Shown in pieces: positions 1 through 12,417 of a stretch of DNA of 64,000 nt. The stretch covers positions 29,142,001-29,206,000 of the forward strand of contig CM052817.1 in the NCBI GenBank assembly GCA_028534125.1. The letters run 5' to 3'. The notes below the pieces were generated by a model, which was given only the letters and a program-made list of their open reading frames with translations, was not told where the DNA came from and did no database searches. Source of the DNA: Lama glama (Eukaryota). Within the stretch, counting starts at the first letter, position 1. The number at the start of each line of letters is the position of its first letter. A program made the position numbers and the translations under genes.

Positions 1-49
1 AATTAAGTTTGTATGTAAATTTATATTAAATCAGAAGGCTTCTAGGTTT

Positions 50-1122
50 ATGTCTCTAGCCCAGAGTCTTTCCCCTAAATTCCAGCCTGGTATCTCCAGT
101 TTCCTTCTTGACAAGTTCACTTTGCGATATTCATGTCTAATAAAAACATCAAACTTACCATATTTAAATCTAAACTCTTGGTATTTACCACCAAACCTCT
201 TCCTGCCAAAGATTAATGGCGATCTAGCTTTCTGGTTGCTCAGTCTTCAAATCTTCCTGTCAGTTTTGACTCCTCTCTTTCTTTTACACCCCATATACAA
301 TCCATCTGCAAATCCCGTTGGCCCAACTTTCAAACATATTGAGAATCTGACAACTTGCCACCCTTCTGCTGTTACCTCCCTTGTACAAAGTGCTCCCTTC
401 TGTTGTCAGGATTATTGAAGGCATGTTCTAACCAGTCTTCCTGCTTCCTCTCTTCAGATTGTTCTCAGGATGGCAGCCAAAGCGATCCTGTTAAAACGTG
501 TCCTTCTAGGATCAAAACCCCACTTTCTTTTCAGGAGCAAATGCCAAAGACAGGACTCTGAACTCTGAGGTCCTGAGCGCTCTGCTCCTTCCCCCATTAC
601 CATCTAGATTTCATCTGCTCCTGCTCTTCTCTCTCCACTCAGCTTCACCCACACCAGCCTCCCATTATCTCAGGACCCTTCTGCTCACTGGTTGTTCTCT
701 CTTGAATGCTTTCCCTTTAGATATCTGCTCGCCCACCTCCCTCACTCCCTTTAAGCAGTTACTCAAACGTTACCTGTTCTCATGTATCCTCTGCCTACTT
801 GACAGTACACTTCGATGTCTAACAAGCACATCAAACTGTATGAGGACTTCCCTGAACATCCTATGTGAAATTTCAGTCTCCACCCCTTTCTGTTTCCCTT
901 CCATGTCTCATTTATCTTAGTGGGTAGTTATCACTGTCTACCATGCTGTGTGTGGATGGGTGTATATATAAACCATATTTAATTTTGATTTTGTTTGCTT
1001 TCTGCCACCCTCTCTAGAATATAATTGTCTTGAAGGTAGGTATTTGTATCTGTTGTCATCTTGGTGTCTGGAACACGCCTCACACAGAGTAGGTGCTCAG
1101 TAATTAGTTGTTAAATGAATGA
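50..1122 (+). mobile_element. LINE-2 (L2a-like) 3' portion
   Basis: Pyrimidine-rich L2-like body ending in the L2 3' terminus (gtaggtgctcagtaattagttgttaaatgaatga). Confidence 0.8.
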
Positions 1123-1174
1123 GCTTGGGCTTTATCCCTTCTTTTTCTCAGGCTTTGGAAAAGTTAATTAATTA

Positions 1175-1305
1175 AGCCTGATCTTTCTCATCAGCAGAAA
1201 GGGAAAAACAACAGCACTGCCTCACTGGATTATTGTGAGGGTTAAAAAATATAATGTGTGTAAAACACTTAGCATGCATAGTGCCTGGCACACAGTAGGC
1301 ACTCT
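1175..1305 (+). mobile_element. MIR SINE 3' half
   Basis: ttattgtgagggttaaa...aaaacacttagc...gtgcctggcacacagtaggcactc matches the MIR 3' end. Confidence 0.8.
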
Positions 1306-2258
1306 GGTTCCCTAGGGATGGAGGGACCTCACCATCCCCCTTCCAATTTGTACTAGCCATGAATCCTCATAGCATTCTGTGTCTTACAGCATGTGTTAAT
1401 TGTTGATGTTATTGTCCAATTCTTGGTTGTCTGCCTAGCTTGGTGTTTGATTTACAGTAGGAACTGAAAGGAGAGAAGTAATTAGGTAGGTTACCGTTTA
1501 CTACAAATATATTATCTAATTTGATCCTTAGAACTAACCCAAGTAGGGAGTAGGCTGGTAAAAAAAAATACTGAGCCTTAGAGGGATTCACAACATTGCC
1601 AAATCTTACATGGTGATGATTTTTGTTGTTGAAATAAAAGTCTCACATGTTCTAAATGATACCGAAATGAAAGCATCTTTGAAACGGAAGCAATCTATCT
1701 ACTCATGAACATTAACTTGAGTTCTCCAACTTCCAACTGTGGTAGACCTTCACAAGCATTTAAACACACTTTTACTGCCTTGGTGAGGTTGTGTTGGAAG
1801 TGAGATGTAGCCTTTATTCTCTTCATTCTCTTGTGCATCACTTACATTCCTGTTATTGGTAGATCAGACTAACAATGCCTAATATTAAGTTCTTCGTTCT
1901 TAAGGAGATCAGCTCACAACACAAACAATGTTTGTCTTCTCAAAAATAAAATAGCTCATTATTATGTGCTATTTGAGGGTTTAAAAATATATTTGCTTCT
2001 AAATTAGTGTCTGAATGACATTAATTAAAATAGTTGTGTGATCATGATGTAAATATCGTTCCTTGGTAATGTCTTTCCTAGTAATTGTTTTGACAAAGCA
2101 ATTTATAGAAAACATCACTATCTTATCAATTTATAATTATCATCTTACAAATAAAGCAAGTTTGGGAGTGCTGACAGGTGACTGAAGTACGAAAGATAGT
2201 TGATAAGAAAAGGAGCAGTTTCTGAGTATCTGGGGAAAGTTGGAACAATTTTTTGTTT

Positions 2259-2750
2259 GTGTGTTAGTTTCCTATTGCTGCTGTAAAAATCACCACAAAC
2301 TTAATAGCTTAAAACAATACAAGTTTACTATCAGTTCTGGAAGTCAGAAGTCTGTAGTGGGTCTCACTGGGCTAAAATTAAGGTGTTGGCAGGGCAGCAT
2401 TCCTTCCTGGAGTTTCCAAGAGAGAATCCACTTTCTTGCCTTTTCCAGCTTGGAGAGGTTTCCTGGATGGCTTGGCCCCTGATCCCCTTTAATCTTCAAA
2501 GCCAGCACAGTCTTTCCCATGATGCCATCTCTCCAGTTCTGACTCTACGGCTTCCCTCTTCCACATTTAAGGAATCATTATGATTAATTACACTGAGCCC
2601 ATCTAGATAATCCCGAGTGATTTCCTGATTGTCCCTTCAGCTGATTAGCAACCTTAATTCCACCTGCAGCTGTAATGCCCCCTCGCCACATGATGTAACG
2701 TGTTCACAGGTCCTGGGGATTAGGAGATGGACGTCTTATTCTGCCTGCTG
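2259..2750 (-). mobile_element. MaLR solo LTR (MLT1C/D-like)
   Basis: Begins tgtgttagtttcctattgctgctgtaaaaatcaccacaaactt, the reverse complement of an MLT1 3' end; internal gttctggaagtcagaagtc motif. Confidence 0.85.
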
Positions 2751-3469
2751 TGGGGGGCAAAGCAAAGACAGAGGCCTCAAATGGTACAGGCCTGCACCAC
2801 AGAGTTAGTTGTTTGTTTAGGTAAGGAGTTAAGGGGAGAATACACACTGCAATTTAATACTTAACACATGTCTCAGTTTGCTGTTTAAGAAGTTCTGATC
2901 CTTTTGGGAAGGTCTGATCATGCTTTGTGATCCAGATTGAATCCATCACTGGCAATGACATTCTGTAACAGTACTTATTTTTCTACTGGCTTGCCACTTC
3001 TGTCCTTTTTTTAGCAAATGATTTTGCAGTTATCGAAGATACATGCCAAGTGATTAGATATGGGCTGTCTCATACTCAGTTATCCCTTTATGGTTACCTT
3101 CTGGAAGACAGAGAGCAACTTTATTCATCAGACTTATTTTAACTCATGTAGATTGTTACCCACCACCAAGGGAAAGGGGTTGCGTTTGGAACAGCAGGTG
3201 ATGCAAAAATAAGTAAGCGGTAGTTTTCAAACATTTTAAACAGTTACAGAACTTTTTCTTCAGATGATCTATTCCTTGGAACTCTGTGGACCATTATTTG
3301 AAGCAGGTAGAAACTGAACTGTTTTGTTGGCAGAGGGAAAGCTCTAACCTCACTCCTTACTTCCTACTCTTGGCAAATCCATCTTGAAAAAGAGTAAATG
3401 CATGTGTCTTCCTGAAAGGCACCAGGAAGTTGAAGATGAAACAAAGAATAAGTCTGATTTTGTATTAAA

Positions 3470-3808
3470 AAAAGTTTTCCCCAGTTTTATTGAGATAAAA
3501 TTGACATATAGCATTGTGTAATCTTAAGGTGTACAATGTAATGACTAGATATATGTATATCTTACAAAATGATTACCACAATAAGGTTAGTTAACACATC
3601 TATCACCCCACATAGTTAACATTTTCTGTGTGTGGTGAGAACTTATAAAATCTCTCTTAGTAACTTTCAAATATACAGTACAGTGTTGTTAACTGTAGTC
3701 ACCATACTTTACATCACATCCCCAGAACTTATGTTATAACTAGAATTTTGTACCCTTTGACCACCTTCACCTTTCCCTCCCACCTCCCACCCACTGCTCC
3801 CGGCAACA
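3470..3808 (-). mobile_element. L1 3' UTR fragment (old L1MA/MB-type)
   Basis: ttttattgagataaaattgacata...ggtgtacaatg...ccccagaacttat; antisense L1 3' end. Confidence 0.8.
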
Positions 3809-4954
3809 AATAAAACTTTCAGTAGAAGGCACAGTGTCTAGGGTAGACAAGAGTGAGGCCGATGAGGACTGGAGATTCAGGAAACAGAAAAATCATAATA
3901 AGCTGCTGGGCTGTGTTGTTACTGGAGTCATGACAGGAAGGACAAATAAGGTTTTGAAGAGTCACAATGATAAGGAAGCAGTGCAGATGGAGAGTAAAGC
4001 GGTGAGTGAGGGCAAAGAAACAAAGGCAGGCAGGGTATGTTTGTGGACAGTGCAGAGTTCACCTGGGCACCAGCACTGGCTGAATTTAAGAAAAGGTTGA
4101 GAACTATGAGTCAATGCATGACATGGGGAAGGTTGGGGAGAAGCCTTAAACATCAGAGTCAAAAAAAATGAGTTTAATTTATTTGCTCAAGGGAAACTTA
4201 CACTGAATATAGGAGCCAGGAATTTGAAGCAGCTTGGATTTAAAAAGTGAGCCTCATTTATAAAACCTGTCATTGAGATTGGGTTTTATAAATGAGCTAA
4301 GCACAGAAGGCATGTTGACGGACTGTGACAACTACTTTGACTTTTGGTATGCCCTAGGTTGTGATGATGCCCCTCCGTCCTATCCACTGACCCTGAAGAC
4401 TTCCTCTCTTACAGTCCCCTCTGCTCTTTTCTGTAATAGTGCACATGAAAATTTCCGTAACTTGGTTTAAACATAGAGCTCAGTGAATAGGATGCCTGTT
4501 TATACTGCATCCTCAACGATGGCTTCATTATGGTGAATTCCCACAAGAAGATTGACTTGACACGTGTGAATGGGACTTCATATGGCTTTAGACCTCACAG
4601 GAAATCTTGGCTTATTTTCACAATACTGTCAGTGTTTGTTATAAAATTTCAGTAGATCCCACTGTCAGATCATACAATGTATAGTTTTTCAGTAGCAGTT
4701 GTTTCTTTTAATTGAATCTGAAGTTGAATATTCTACCCCATTCTTTCAGTTGTTATTGTTGTGTTATTTGTATACATTTCTCGTTCACACCACTGGGGGA
4801 GAAACACGCACGGGAACTTGTATTCACTTTCAAGGGAAAACCAGTGAGGGGCTCCATCTCTGTAAATGGTACCATCATCCACTCAGTTTTTTAGGCAGGA
4901 GACCAGGGAGTCATCACCAATGTTTTCTTTTCCTCTCTCCCATTAGATTTCAAA

Positions 4955-5489
4955 AAATGGTGACAATTATCTACTCCTTCCTCTCTGCACACCCTTTACA
5001 ATGCGACTTTTCAACTCCCCCCATCGAGGTGGATTTACTTCTCTTTTCCTTGAATCTGAGCAGGCCTTGTAAGTTACCTTTGAGAAATGTCTTGTAACTA
5101 ACTTTAATTAATAGGTGATGTGCTATTTCCAAGCCTAGGTGTCGGGCAAACTTGCATGCTCTGCTGCTCTCGCCTGCACTGCCCATGCCTCTGTTCTGCT
5201 GCCTGGAGAACAGACCTGGGCTAGCCTGCTGGGGGGCGAAAGACCAGGTAGAGCAGAGCTGAATTAACTGATTCATCCCAGCTGAGGACTCAGACATGTC
5301 AGAGAGCCCAGCCAAGATCAGCAGAGCTGTCTCACAGCTGACCCACCAGTTGGCTGAGGCACAGGAGTGAGGTCCTTCTAAACCTTTCGGGCCCTAGCTA
5401 ATCCATCAATGTATGATTTAAATAAACACTTGTTATTTTAAGCCATTAAATTTTGGGTGGTTTATTATGCAACGAAAGCTAACTTATAT
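4955..5489 (+). mobile_element. MaLR solo LTR (MLT1G/H-like) inserted in an L2 remnant
   Basis: Ends aataaacacttgttattttaagccattaaattttgggtggtttattatgcaacgaaagctaac, a typical MLT1 3' end; L2-like sequence on both sides. Confidence 0.75.
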
Positions 5490-5589
5490 ACCCTCCTCCA
5501 TTTAATCATTCTCTGAGTATTATAGCTTCTGCCTCCTTAAGATAATTTCTCTGCATTTCATTTTCTCCTTTACTGCCTTCAATCTCAGC

Positions 5590-6043
5590 TTTTTTAATTA
5601 ATTTTTTTTAATTGAAGTATAGTCAGTTTACAGTGTTGTGTTCATTTCTGGTGTACAGCATAGTGATTCAGTTATACATTTATATGTATCCTTTTCATAT
5701 TCTTTTTCATTATAGATTATTGCAAGATATTAAATACAGTTTCCTGCACTACACAGTAGGACCATGTTGTTTATCTATTTTATACATAGTAGTTAGAATC
5801 TGCAAATCCTGAACTCCCTATTTAGCCCTCCAATTCCCCCATAACCACAAATTTGTTTTCTATGTCTGTGAGTCTGTTTCTGTTTTGTAAATAAATTCGT
5901 CTCAATTTTTTTTATTTCACATGTAACTGATACCATAGGGTATTTTTCTTTCTCTCTCTGGCTTACTTCACTCAGAACAACAATCTGCAGGTCCATCCAT
6001 GTTGCTGCAAATGGCATTATTTGATTATTTTTTATGGCTGAGT
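5590..6043 (-). mobile_element. Lineage-specific L1 3' end
   Basis: T-tract then attgaagtatagtcagtttacagtgttgtg...gttgctgcaaatggcattat; the minus-strand ORF MPFAATWMDL...LSEVSQ is the L1 ORF2 C-terminus. Confidence 0.9.
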
Positions 6044-6179
6044 CCTTCTATTTCAATTTTAATCCTGTCTCATTTCTACTACTAGAATAGTCATATTATT
6101 CTTCTACTTAAAACCCTTTAATGGCTCATAATTGTCTGTGTACTAAAGCCCACACCACAGAAGGAAGTCAACTTGATGG

Positions 6180-6350
6180 CTAAGATCCCGATTTACGTCA
6201 GACTTCCTGGCTCCTTCACTTTCTGGCTGTGTGACCTTGGGAAAGCTACAGAAGCACTCTGGGCTTCAATTTCCTCATGCTTAAAGTGGAATAAAAGTGA
6301 GAGTTTGTGAGTACAGTCTAGAATAGAACCTGGCACATCATTACTACTCA
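6180..6350 (+). mobile_element. MIR SINE
   Basis: Core ggctgtgtgaccttgggaaag...ctctgggcttcaatttcctcat. Confidence 0.75.
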
Positions 6351-7519
6351 GATTATATGTAGTACAATTTTTACTCCTTCATATGCAATATAAGACCTTC
6401 CATGAGCTGGCTCTTTTATTCCCTTCCTAAAGTCATATTTCCCTATGACTTCTTCACAAGCCCAAAGACCTTTGTTCTTCTGCTATGCACCATGTTGTTT
6501 AAAGCCTCTATATTTTTATTCATGTTGCTTCAGTGTTTCAAATGCCTGATCCCTGCCTCTCTTTTCTCTGGCCCATGGTCCCCTTCTCTGACTATAAGAA
6601 CTTCTTCTCTTTCAACAGTTACCTCAAGCAGTGCCATTTTAATGAAGTCTTTTCTAGACTCCCCTGATATAATCAGTCTTGCCCTGGTTTACGTCCCCAG
6701 GTACCCTGCCCACACTCCTTGCATTGTATGTATTGGCTTATACACTCCAGACTGTCGGTTCCCTTTAGGAAAAAACAATGCCTGTTTCTTCTTGTTCCTC
6801 CATTATCTAGAGCAATGCTTAGCACATGGTTTGAACTTCATAAATGCTGACTATGAATTTAGGACATTATAAAGATACAGAGGAAGTAATTGAGAAGAAA
6901 TAAATCAGTAATTTTCTATTTCCAAAATGCTAAAGCCACAGTTGCTCTTGGAGTGACTACAGATAAAGGAGGCAAGGAGGCCATAGGGGTGGGGCTGACT
7001 ATAGGCAAGAGCAGGGGCATAGGGCTCCTGGGGGTAATGCTATATAGATCCATGTAGATCTTGAAAGACTTGGAAGGTGTTAATATAGCTAAAACTCTAG
7101 GAAAAAGTTGAAGTCCGAGAGCATGGCATTACTAAAGGCTTTGGTCAGAAGAAAGTGTTTCTGCCATTTTAGCCACTATGAATGAACACAGAGACAATTT
7201 AAGAGTTAGAATCTTTTGCAGAAAGATAATTTTCACATTACATCTGCTGTATGCTGACTTCATGCTTATTAAATATTTTTGTTAATATTCTGTTATAAAC
7301 TTAATGTTCTTAATGATGAAGGATGGAATGCATCAAATACATATGATGCTATAGGGTATAGTATCAGGAATGTTGGGATGGGAAATCGAGCATGAAGTTG
7401 ATTTTTCATGCATTAGTGACTCAAGGTTGTATTTTCCAATGATTAAAAAGAGCACTCCAGTAGAATCACTGTTTGCACACCAAACATCATGTTAATACCT
7501 CACTGGGGAAAGGAGGAAC

Positions 7520-8865
7520 TCTATCAGTTATACAGTAAACTCCCCGTAGCTCCTCCCCTAACAGCTGGAAACCATCAGTCTATTTTCTGTCTCAACTATA
7601 AGAACCTCATATAAGTGAGATCATACAGTATTTGTCTTTTTTGTGATTGGCTTATTTGACTCAATTTAATATCCTCAAAGTTCATCCATGCTATAGCATA
7701 TGTTAGAATTTCCTTCCTTTTTAAGGATGGATCCTAAATCATTGTATGTATATTACACATTTTGCTTATCTATTCATCCATCAGTAGACACTTGGGTTGC
7801 TTCTAAGATTCAGCTATTGTGAGTAATGTCGCTACGAACAAAGGTATACAAATATCTCTTCTAGGCTCTGCTTTCAGTTCTCTTGGTTAGATACCCAGAA
7901 GTGGAACCACTGGATCACATGGCACGTCTATTTCTAACTTTTTGGAAACTGCCATACTCTTTCCACAGTAGCTGTCCCTATTTTACATTTTGACCAACAG
8001 TGCACAAGGATTCCAGTTTCTCCACATCCTCACCCACACTGTTGGTTATTTATTTTGTTTTTGTTTGTTTGTTTGTTTTTTATAGTAGCCATCCTAATGG
8101 GTGTGAAGTGTAGTCTTGTGATATGTATGAGGTGGAATTTCATTATAATTTTAACTTCTATTTACCTAATGTTTGGTCATGTTGAACATATCTTCATGTG
8201 CTAATTGGTCACTTGTATATCTTTGGAGAAATATCTACTGAAGTTCCTTGCCCATTTTTGAATTGGGTTGTTCACTCTTTTATTGTGGAATTTTAGTTCT
8301 CTATCTAGTCTGGACTTTAATCTCGTATCAAACACATGATTTACAAATACTTCCTCTCATTCTGTGGGTTGCCTTTTAACTCTGTTGATAGTGTGTTTTG
8401 ATGCACAAAAATTTAAAGTTTTCATCAAGTTCAGTTTGTCTCTTTTTACCTTGATTGCCTGTGCCTTTGGTGTCACATCCGAGAAATCACTGCCAAATCC
8501 AATGCTATAAATCTTTTGTCCTGTGTTTTCTTCTAAGAGTTTTGTAGTTTGAAGTTTAATGTTTAGGTACACTTGGAGTTACTTTTTGCACATAGTGTTT
8601 GATAAAGGTCCAGCTTCATACTTCTGCATGTGTATGTCCAGTTACCTCAGCACCATTTGTTGTAGAGACGGACTGTTCTTTCCTCTTTGAATGGTCCTGG
8701 CTGTCTTCTTGAAAATCATTTGATTGTATACACAGGAGTTTATTTCTGAGATTTCTGTCTTTTCCATTGGTCTCTATGTCTATCTTTGAGGCAGTACCAC
8801 ATTACTTTGATTATGGTAGCTTTTCCATAAGTTTTGAAATCAGGACGTGTGAGTCCTCCAGCTTT
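7520..8865 (-). mobile_element. L1 (L1MB-like) ORF2 3' region, decayed
   Basis: Minus-strand translation ...KLLEENTGQK...AQAIKVKRDKL...NFCASKHTINRVKRQPTE is L1 ORF2. Confidence 0.9.
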
Positions 8866-9599
8866 AGGTCACTTGCACATTTTTGTGACACCCCGATGCA
8901 TGGGAGCACTTAATGGATACTTCAAAACACTTGTGGATTTGATGATGGAACTGCAACTATTATGTAATTTGTAACACGCTGAGAAATTTGCTCTCACCTT
9001 GCAAAACCTAGAATAATTTCCACAAAACTATATTCAACAAGAAAGTATCAAACATATTTTTCATAATAGAAATTATTCCAAATACTGCTTACTAGAAGCT
9101 ACTATTCTGGTGAAGAATGAATTGATTTATTTTCATAATGTTTTGTCCTCTTTTATATTCATCAAAATTCAGGTGATCAATATTACAGAAAGAAAATCTT
9201 TTTTCAGTTTACTCATGGATTCTGAGCATGAAGTTTTTCCAATACTAGAAAATTGATGTGGCACAATTTTTTATTCTGTAAGAAAATAGCATGATCTCTT
9301 TATTACAGTTTTCACTTAACATTATGGTATGGATTAAAAATCTAAGGGAATATGATAGAGGATGTTAAGGTTGTATTTAGCAATGCCATGATATAAAGAT
9401 ATAAAGACAAAGTGATTAGAATCTAGGGAAGTAAATATCAGAAGTGATGTGCATTATAAATCATCTTAATAAAACAAATCTAGTGCTTGGGGTTCTAATG
9501 TCTGTTTGTCTTTAAATTTATCAGTGTAACATTTATCATCTTTTCATTTTTCTGATTAAAACTTAAGAATTTCAGAATTGAAGGCATCTGAAAGTTCAC

Positions 9600-10040
9600 T
9601 GTATTAGTTAAGGTAAGGCTTGTCTGCTGTAATAAAGAGAAATAGCAGTAGTGTAGTGGCTTATAGGAAATAAGTTTCTTTTTTCCTCTCCTGTCAGAGT
9701 CTGAGGTGAACATTCTAGGTTAGCCTACAGCTACACTCCAGGCAATCTTTCAGAGTCCCAGCTTCCTTCTACTTTGTTTGTAATGATTCCCTAGGACATT
9801 GTCTTCACCAGCTCCAGCCTTCAGGCTCTTCCATCTTCCAGCTTGTGAGAAGAGAACTTCAAGACAGGGGCTCAGTGCAAGGTTTTGTAGGCCAGGCTAG
9901 GAAGGGGTACGTGTCATGCCTGCCGCCGTTCCGCTGGTGTGAGCTCAGTCGCTAAGCCACACTCATCTACGGGGGGCTATGGGACATGAGGTCCTTGGTG
10001 GACAATCAGTTTTGGATAACTAGCAGTGTCCTCCACAATC
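9600..10040 (-). mobile_element. MaLR solo LTR (MLT1J/K-like)
   Basis: Starts tgtattagttaaggtaaggcttgtctgctgtaataaag...agtggcttata, an antisense old MLT1 end. Confidence 0.7.
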
Positions 10041-10089
10041 ACCACCTTCAAATCTTTCAGCTTACTAATGAGAGAGGGGAGGCTGGAGA

Positions 10090-10395
10090 GCCACTGTCAC
10101 TACCTGTGTGATCTTAGAAGATGACTTTTACCACTCATCACCCATCTGACCTGGAACACCTAACTTTTACCACTTAACCACTGACGAGATCTTGAACACA
10201 TGCTTTCTACTACTTACTACCCATCTGACCTTAACTAACCTCTGACATTTATTTCATGTGGACTCTGGACACATAATCTCTACCACGGACCATTTGTGTG
10301 ACTTAGAGTCATTACCTACCTCTACCACGTAACACCTTTGTGACCTTCATCTTGTAGTCTCTACCTCTCAAGTCTTTGTGACCATGGTCTATAAT
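10090..10395 (+). repeat. Degenerate tandem array, ~39-bp unit resembling the MIR core
   Basis: taccac-like anchors at 10129, 10168, 10208, 10281, 10323 and 10362, each followed by a tgtgacctt-like motif; runs into a MIR 3' half (to ~10510). Confidence 0.65.
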
Positions 10396-10886
10396 CTTGC
10401 TGAGCTTATTTTTTCTCATCTTTACCTCATAGGATTGTGTTATAGACAAGGTAATGACTGTAAAGACATTAGAAAAATGACCAGAACATAGCACTCAATA
10501 AATATATTCTGCTACTGCTGCTGCCACCACCGTTGCTACTTATGTTACTGTTATTTGTATTATCTAGTTAACAGAAAACTAATAAACATTATAATTAATC
10601 TTTCATTGATCATATACAGGAATGTTTCAGGGCCTCCAGTTTATTAATATGGATTTTAGTTATTACTAAGCATAGAAATGCTCCTGAATAAAAAGTTATA
10701 GTCAATATAGTGTCACCTTTACAGGCATTTAATAAACATACTTCACTAGCATGCAGTAGTTATAGTCTTAGATTAAATGGGAGAGTAATGTATTTGTATA
10801 TTCTGGCTCTATTTGCCAGTTATTGGGTATTGGTCCAGTAGAGGAGCTAGAACATCAAAGGTGGGATAATTTATTCTGAATATAAT

Positions 10887-10965
10887 CTTAAAGTTAAATC
10901 ATCTGTCCATGTATTTCATTCATCCTTAAAGTTAAATCATCTGTCCATGTATTTCATTCATCCTT
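10887..10965. repeat. Perfect 38-bp tandem duplication
   Basis: cttaaagttaaatcatctgtccatgtatttcattcatc at 10887-10924 and 10925-10962, followed by ctt. Confidence 0.97.
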
Positions 10966-11502
10966 TTGTTATGCTAACATCCCAGGGAAGCTAATGATAA
11001 TTAGCTTAATGAGGAAACCATTTAGTTGGAAACAGAAGTCCAAAAGTGAAAAACTCCAAGTAGCAGATTGTTAGATTTTCCAAAATGAAATTTAATTAGT
11101 TAATTTGTAAATGGGCCCTTGCATGCAAATGACCTGTCCCTTCCCATACGCAGCAAAATAACTTGGACAGTCTGAGTCTTTGTGAACCGTAGAGAGTAAA
11201 CAACTTACTGTCAAAGTCAGGATTCGTTTTCCGATGTTTTACAGACATCACAGCAAAAACTTTAAATATTCAGCTTCAGTTGATCCCATAGCTTGCCTTT
11301 TCTGTTCTGTAAATCAGTTTATGTATATATTACCTAGAGTTCGCTTTCAAAGTGTGTTGTTACCTCAATTACCCTACATGAGAGTTAGTTTTTGTAGACT
11401 GCAAGTGCAGTGTGATTTTCAGAGAGACTGTCTCTCTATAAATGTACATTTTGATGTATATTTTAAACCCTAGCAATAATTCAAAGAATTTTCATAGAGT
11501 AC

Positions 11503-11655
11503 AGAAGATCTCTGATTTTTTTTAACATTTTTTATTGATTTATAATCATTTTACAATGTTGTGTCAAATTCCAGTGTTCAGCACAATTTTTCAGTCATTC
11601 ATGGACGTATACACACTCATTGTCACATTTTTTTCTCTGTGAGAAGATCTCTGAT
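11503..11655 (-). mobile_element. Very short 5'-truncated young L1 insertion with 14-bp target-site duplication
   Basis: agaagatctctgat at 11503-11516 and 11642-11655 flanks ~125 bp homologous to the L1 3' end at ~61100-61220. Confidence 0.93.
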
Positions 11656-12319
11656 ATTTGTAAATTATGCACACACATACACATACACACAAATTTAATG
11701 GATTTATATTGTGTTGAGAATGGACCTGAGAATGAAATGAAGTGTTTTTGCTGGTGATGGAAGTAATGAGAAAGTGCAAAGTGACTTCTTACAAAATAGA
11801 AGCTTGGACTATTAAAATTAAGACCAGGCAGTCAGATTCAGTGGTGGCCTGGCTGATGTCATGAACAAGTCCGCCATATGTTTTGTTTGGAAATGTGAAA
11901 ATGTGAATCCTGAATTATTTCACTGAGCGCTCCAGGGTGACTTAGTTTTTATGGCTTTATAGGAGGAAACATTTAGAGCTGTTTTATGAGATCAGTAAAG
12001 GTGTGAAAAGACGCTAAAGTTTTACTTTCAGTTATGACATATTATAAAGGAAATTATAGGCGTTATAATATTTAAGAAACTGGGGAGTCTTCATAGCCAC
12101 AGCTTACATTCTTAGAATGGCAATATTTATTTAGCAAGGAAATAATCATTTTACTCACTACCAGTCTCTTCCTCGCTAAACACACTCTGTCCGTCTGTAA
12201 ACCTAGACATACAGATTGTGTTCTGACTGGACTTTGCTGAAGTAGCATTAACATGAAAATGTAGTCTGAGGTTAACTACTAAAAAAAAAAAACAACCCTC
12301 TATGTTTATAGTTAAGGCT

Positions 12320-12417
12320 TTTATTTATTATTTTTTCAATAGAGATACTAGGGGTTGAACCCAAGAACACGTGCATGTTAAGCATGAGCTCTACCACTAA
12401 GCTATTACCCACCCCCC
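12320..12417 (-). mobile_element. tRNA-derived camelid-type SINE
   Basis: Minus strand reads gggtaatagcttagtggtagagctcatgcttaacatgcacgtgttcttgggttcaacccc (A and B boxes); degenerate TSD tagttaaggctttt / tagttatggttttt. Confidence 0.85.

Noticed and set aside
6402..6872. 156-aa hydrophobic ORF
   Set aside because: Overlaps a pyrimidine-rich L2-like remnant; the hydrophobicity reflects T-richness.
10090..10395. CRISPR-like repeat-spacer appearance
   Set aside because: Mammalian DNA, degenerate contiguous units, no unique spacers and no cas genes.
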